From a virus (Duplodnaviria > Caudoviricetes), in the IMG/VR virus record IMGVR_UViG_3300023199_000106, positions 1-58,731 of that record: a stretch of DNA of 58,731 bases. One strand, given 5' to 3'. Both the position numbers and the translations under genes were made by a program. The notes under the pieces are model-generated. The model saw only the letters and a list, made by a program, of their open reading frames with translations, made no database searches and was not told the origin of the DNA. This document shows, in pieces, positions 57,047-58,731 of this stretch; the first letter of the stretch is position 1; the number at the start of each line of letters is the position of its first letter.

Positions 57047-57823
57047 TTACGATTTGATCGGGCAGTCAGGCCGTTTAGCCACGATCCGAGCCCGTTCGTC
57101 CGAATCGAGTCCGGTCAGATCAATCGGGCAGTCGGGCCGCTCAGCCATGACCCAAGCCCGTTCGTATGAATTAAGCCCGGTCAGATCGATCGGACAGTCG
57201 GGCCGGTGGGCCATGACTCGCGCCCGGTTGAATGAATTAAGTCCGGTCAGATCAATCGGGCAGTCGGGCCGTTCAGTCATGACTCGCGCCCGTTCGGGTG
57301 AATTAAGCCCGGTCAGATCGATCGGGCAGTCAGGCCGTTCAGCCATGACCCAAGCCCGTTCGGATAAATTAAGCCTGGTCAGATCGATCGGGCAGTCGGG
57401 CCGCTTAGCCATGACCAAAGTTTGCTCGAATGAATTAAGCCCGGTCAGATCGATCGGGCAGTCGGGTCGGTAGACCATGATCCGAGCTCGGTCAGATGAA
57501 TTAAGCCCGGTCAGATCGATCGGGCAGTCGAGCCGTACAGTCATGACCCAAGCCCGTTCGTCCGAATTAAACCCGGTCAGATCGATCGGGCAGTCGGGCC
57601 GTTTAGTCATGATCCGAGCCCGTTCGGATGAATTAAGCCCGGTCAGATCGATCGGGCAGTCTGGCAGGTGGATAATCGCCCAAACAGCCCATTCAGAATT
57701 GTGAGCCACCAGCTCAGTCCATTTTTTGGGCTGAGCTTCGAGCCAATCGAGCGCTTCTGAGCAAGCGCCAAGCTCGCGTGCTTGGTTGATCATTTCCTGT
57801 GTGATTAGGTAGTCAGTCATCAT
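57047..57823 (-). CDS. 22-aa tandem repeat protein, paralog D (9 repeats)
   Basis: same architecture as paralog A; most divergent repeat units. Confidence 0.9.
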   Translation of the reverse strand: MMTDYLITQEMINQARELGACSEALDWLEAQPKKWTELVAHNSEWAVWAIIHLPDCPIDLTGLNSSERARIMTKRPDCPIDLTGFNSDERAWVMTVRLDCPIDLTGLNSSDRARIMVYRPDCPIDLTGLNSFEQTLVMAKRPDCPIDLTRLNLSERAWVMAERPDCPIDLTGLNSPERARVMTERPDCPIDLTGLNSFNRARVMAHRPDCPIDLTGLNSYERAWVMAERPDCPIDLTGLDSDERARIVAKRPDCPIKS

Positions 57824-57852
57824 TCTGCTTCTTTTGATATGAAAGAATAAAA

Positions 57853-58362
57853 TTACAATTTGATCAGGCAGTCAGGCCGTGCAGCCATGACCCAAGCCCG
57901 TTTGGATGAATTAAGCCCGGTCAGATCGATCGGGCAGTCAGGCCGCTCAGCCATGACCCAAGCCCGTTCGTTCGAATCGAGTTCGGTCAGATCGATCGGG
58001 CAGTCAGGCCGCTCAGCCATGACCCAAGCCCGTTCGTTCGAATCGAGTTCGGTCAGATCGATCGGGCAGTCGGGCCGCTCAGCCATGACCCAAGCCCGTT
58101 CGAATGAATTAAGCCCGGTCAGATCGATCGGGCAGTCGGGCCGGTAGGTTATGACTCGCGCCCGTTCGAATGAATTAAGCCCGGTCAGATCGATCGGGCA
58201 GTCGGGCAGGTGGATAATCGCCCAAAGAGCCCATTCTGAATTGTGAGCCACCAGCTCAGTCCATTTTTTGGGCTGAGCTTCGAGCCAATCGAGTGCTTCT
58301 GAGCAAGCGCCAAGTTCGCGTGCTTGGTTGATCATTTCCTGCGTGATTAGGTAGTTAATCAT
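57853..58362 (-). CDS. 22-aa tandem repeat protein, paralog C (5 repeats)
   Basis: AAGGAG RBS; same architecture. Confidence 0.9.
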   Translation of the reverse strand: MINYLITQEMINQARELGACSEALDWLEAQPKKWTELVAHNSEWALWAIIHLPDCPIDLTGLNSFERARVITYRPDCPIDLTGLNSFERAWVMAERPDCPIDLTELDSNERAWVMAERPDCPIDLTELDSNERAWVMAERPDCPIDLTGLNSSKRAWVMAARPDCLIKL

Positions 58363-58392
58363 ACTTGTGCTCCTTGATATTGATGAATAAAA

Positions 58393-58731
58393 TTACGATT
58401 CGATTGGACAATCGGGCCGGTGGGCCATGACTCGCGCCCGTTCGAATGAATTAAGCCCGGTCAGATCGATCGGGCAGTCGGGCCGGTGGGCCATGACTCG
58501 CGCCCGTTCGGGTGAATTAAGCCCGGTCAGATCGATCGGGCAGTCGGGCCGCTCAGCCATGACCCAAGCCCGGTTGTATGAATTAAGCCCGGTCAGATCA
58601 ATCGGGCAGTCGGGCCGGTGGGCCATGACTCGCGCCCGTTCGAATGAATTAAGCCCGGTCAGATCGATCGGGCAGTCGGGCCGTTTAGCCATGACTCGTG
58701 CCCGTTCGTCTGAATTAAGCCCGGTCAGATC
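58393..58731 (-). CDS. 3' half of 22-aa repeat protein paralog B (at least 5 repeats)
   Basis: frame is open to the window end; N-terminus lies at 1-137. Confidence 0.85.
   Translation of the reverse strand, partial: DLTGLNSDERARVMAKRPDCPIDLTGLNSFERARVMAHRPDCPIDLTGLNSYNRAWVMAERPDCPIDLTGLNSPERARVMAHRPDCPIDLTGLNSFERARVMAHRPDCPIES

Noticed and set aside
57054-58147. + strand ORFs with SPVRSIGQSGR repeats (also 201-461)
   Set aside because: Antisense shadows of the repeat genes, without RBS
57047-58731. Diversity-generating retroelement (position-5 codons are mostly NNC, including AAC)
   Set aside because: No reverse transcriptase, Avd or non-coding template repeat was found; whole-unit shuffling explains the pattern more simply

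Overview
This looks like a near-complete, circularly permuted 58.7-kb genome of a tailed dsDNA phage. It is probably podovirus-like (N4-gp56-type capsid, no tape-measure or sheath gene seen) and probably infects a Gram-negative host (spanin pair). The + strand (7063-44234) carries receptor-binding-like genes, lysis, TerS/TerL, portal, scaffold, capsid, tail and ejection genes, and a 3068-aa polyvalent virion protein. The - strand carries replication genes (primase-helicase, SNF2 helicase, PD-(D/E)XK nuclease, family A DNA polymerase, SSB-like) and small early genes. No integrase, repressor, tRNA or CRISPR array was seen. The most notable signals are: (1) four paralogous genes built from about 25 shuffled 66-bp/22-aa repeats with a few hypervariable positions; (2) three 42-nt elements, each a fully covarying hairpin plus the invariant 12-mer ATTCATGCGGGT, ahead of early genes; (3) a Csx20-like candidate ring nuclease (anti-type III CRISPR); (4) an origin-like locus of nested inverted repeats plus about 9.7 copies of a 26-bp repeat, beside a degenerate HNH/AP2 gene; (5) two class 3 inteins starting with Asn and Gly; (6) swappable in-frame cassettes in the giant protein. 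All family calls come from motif recognition by eye, not database searches.
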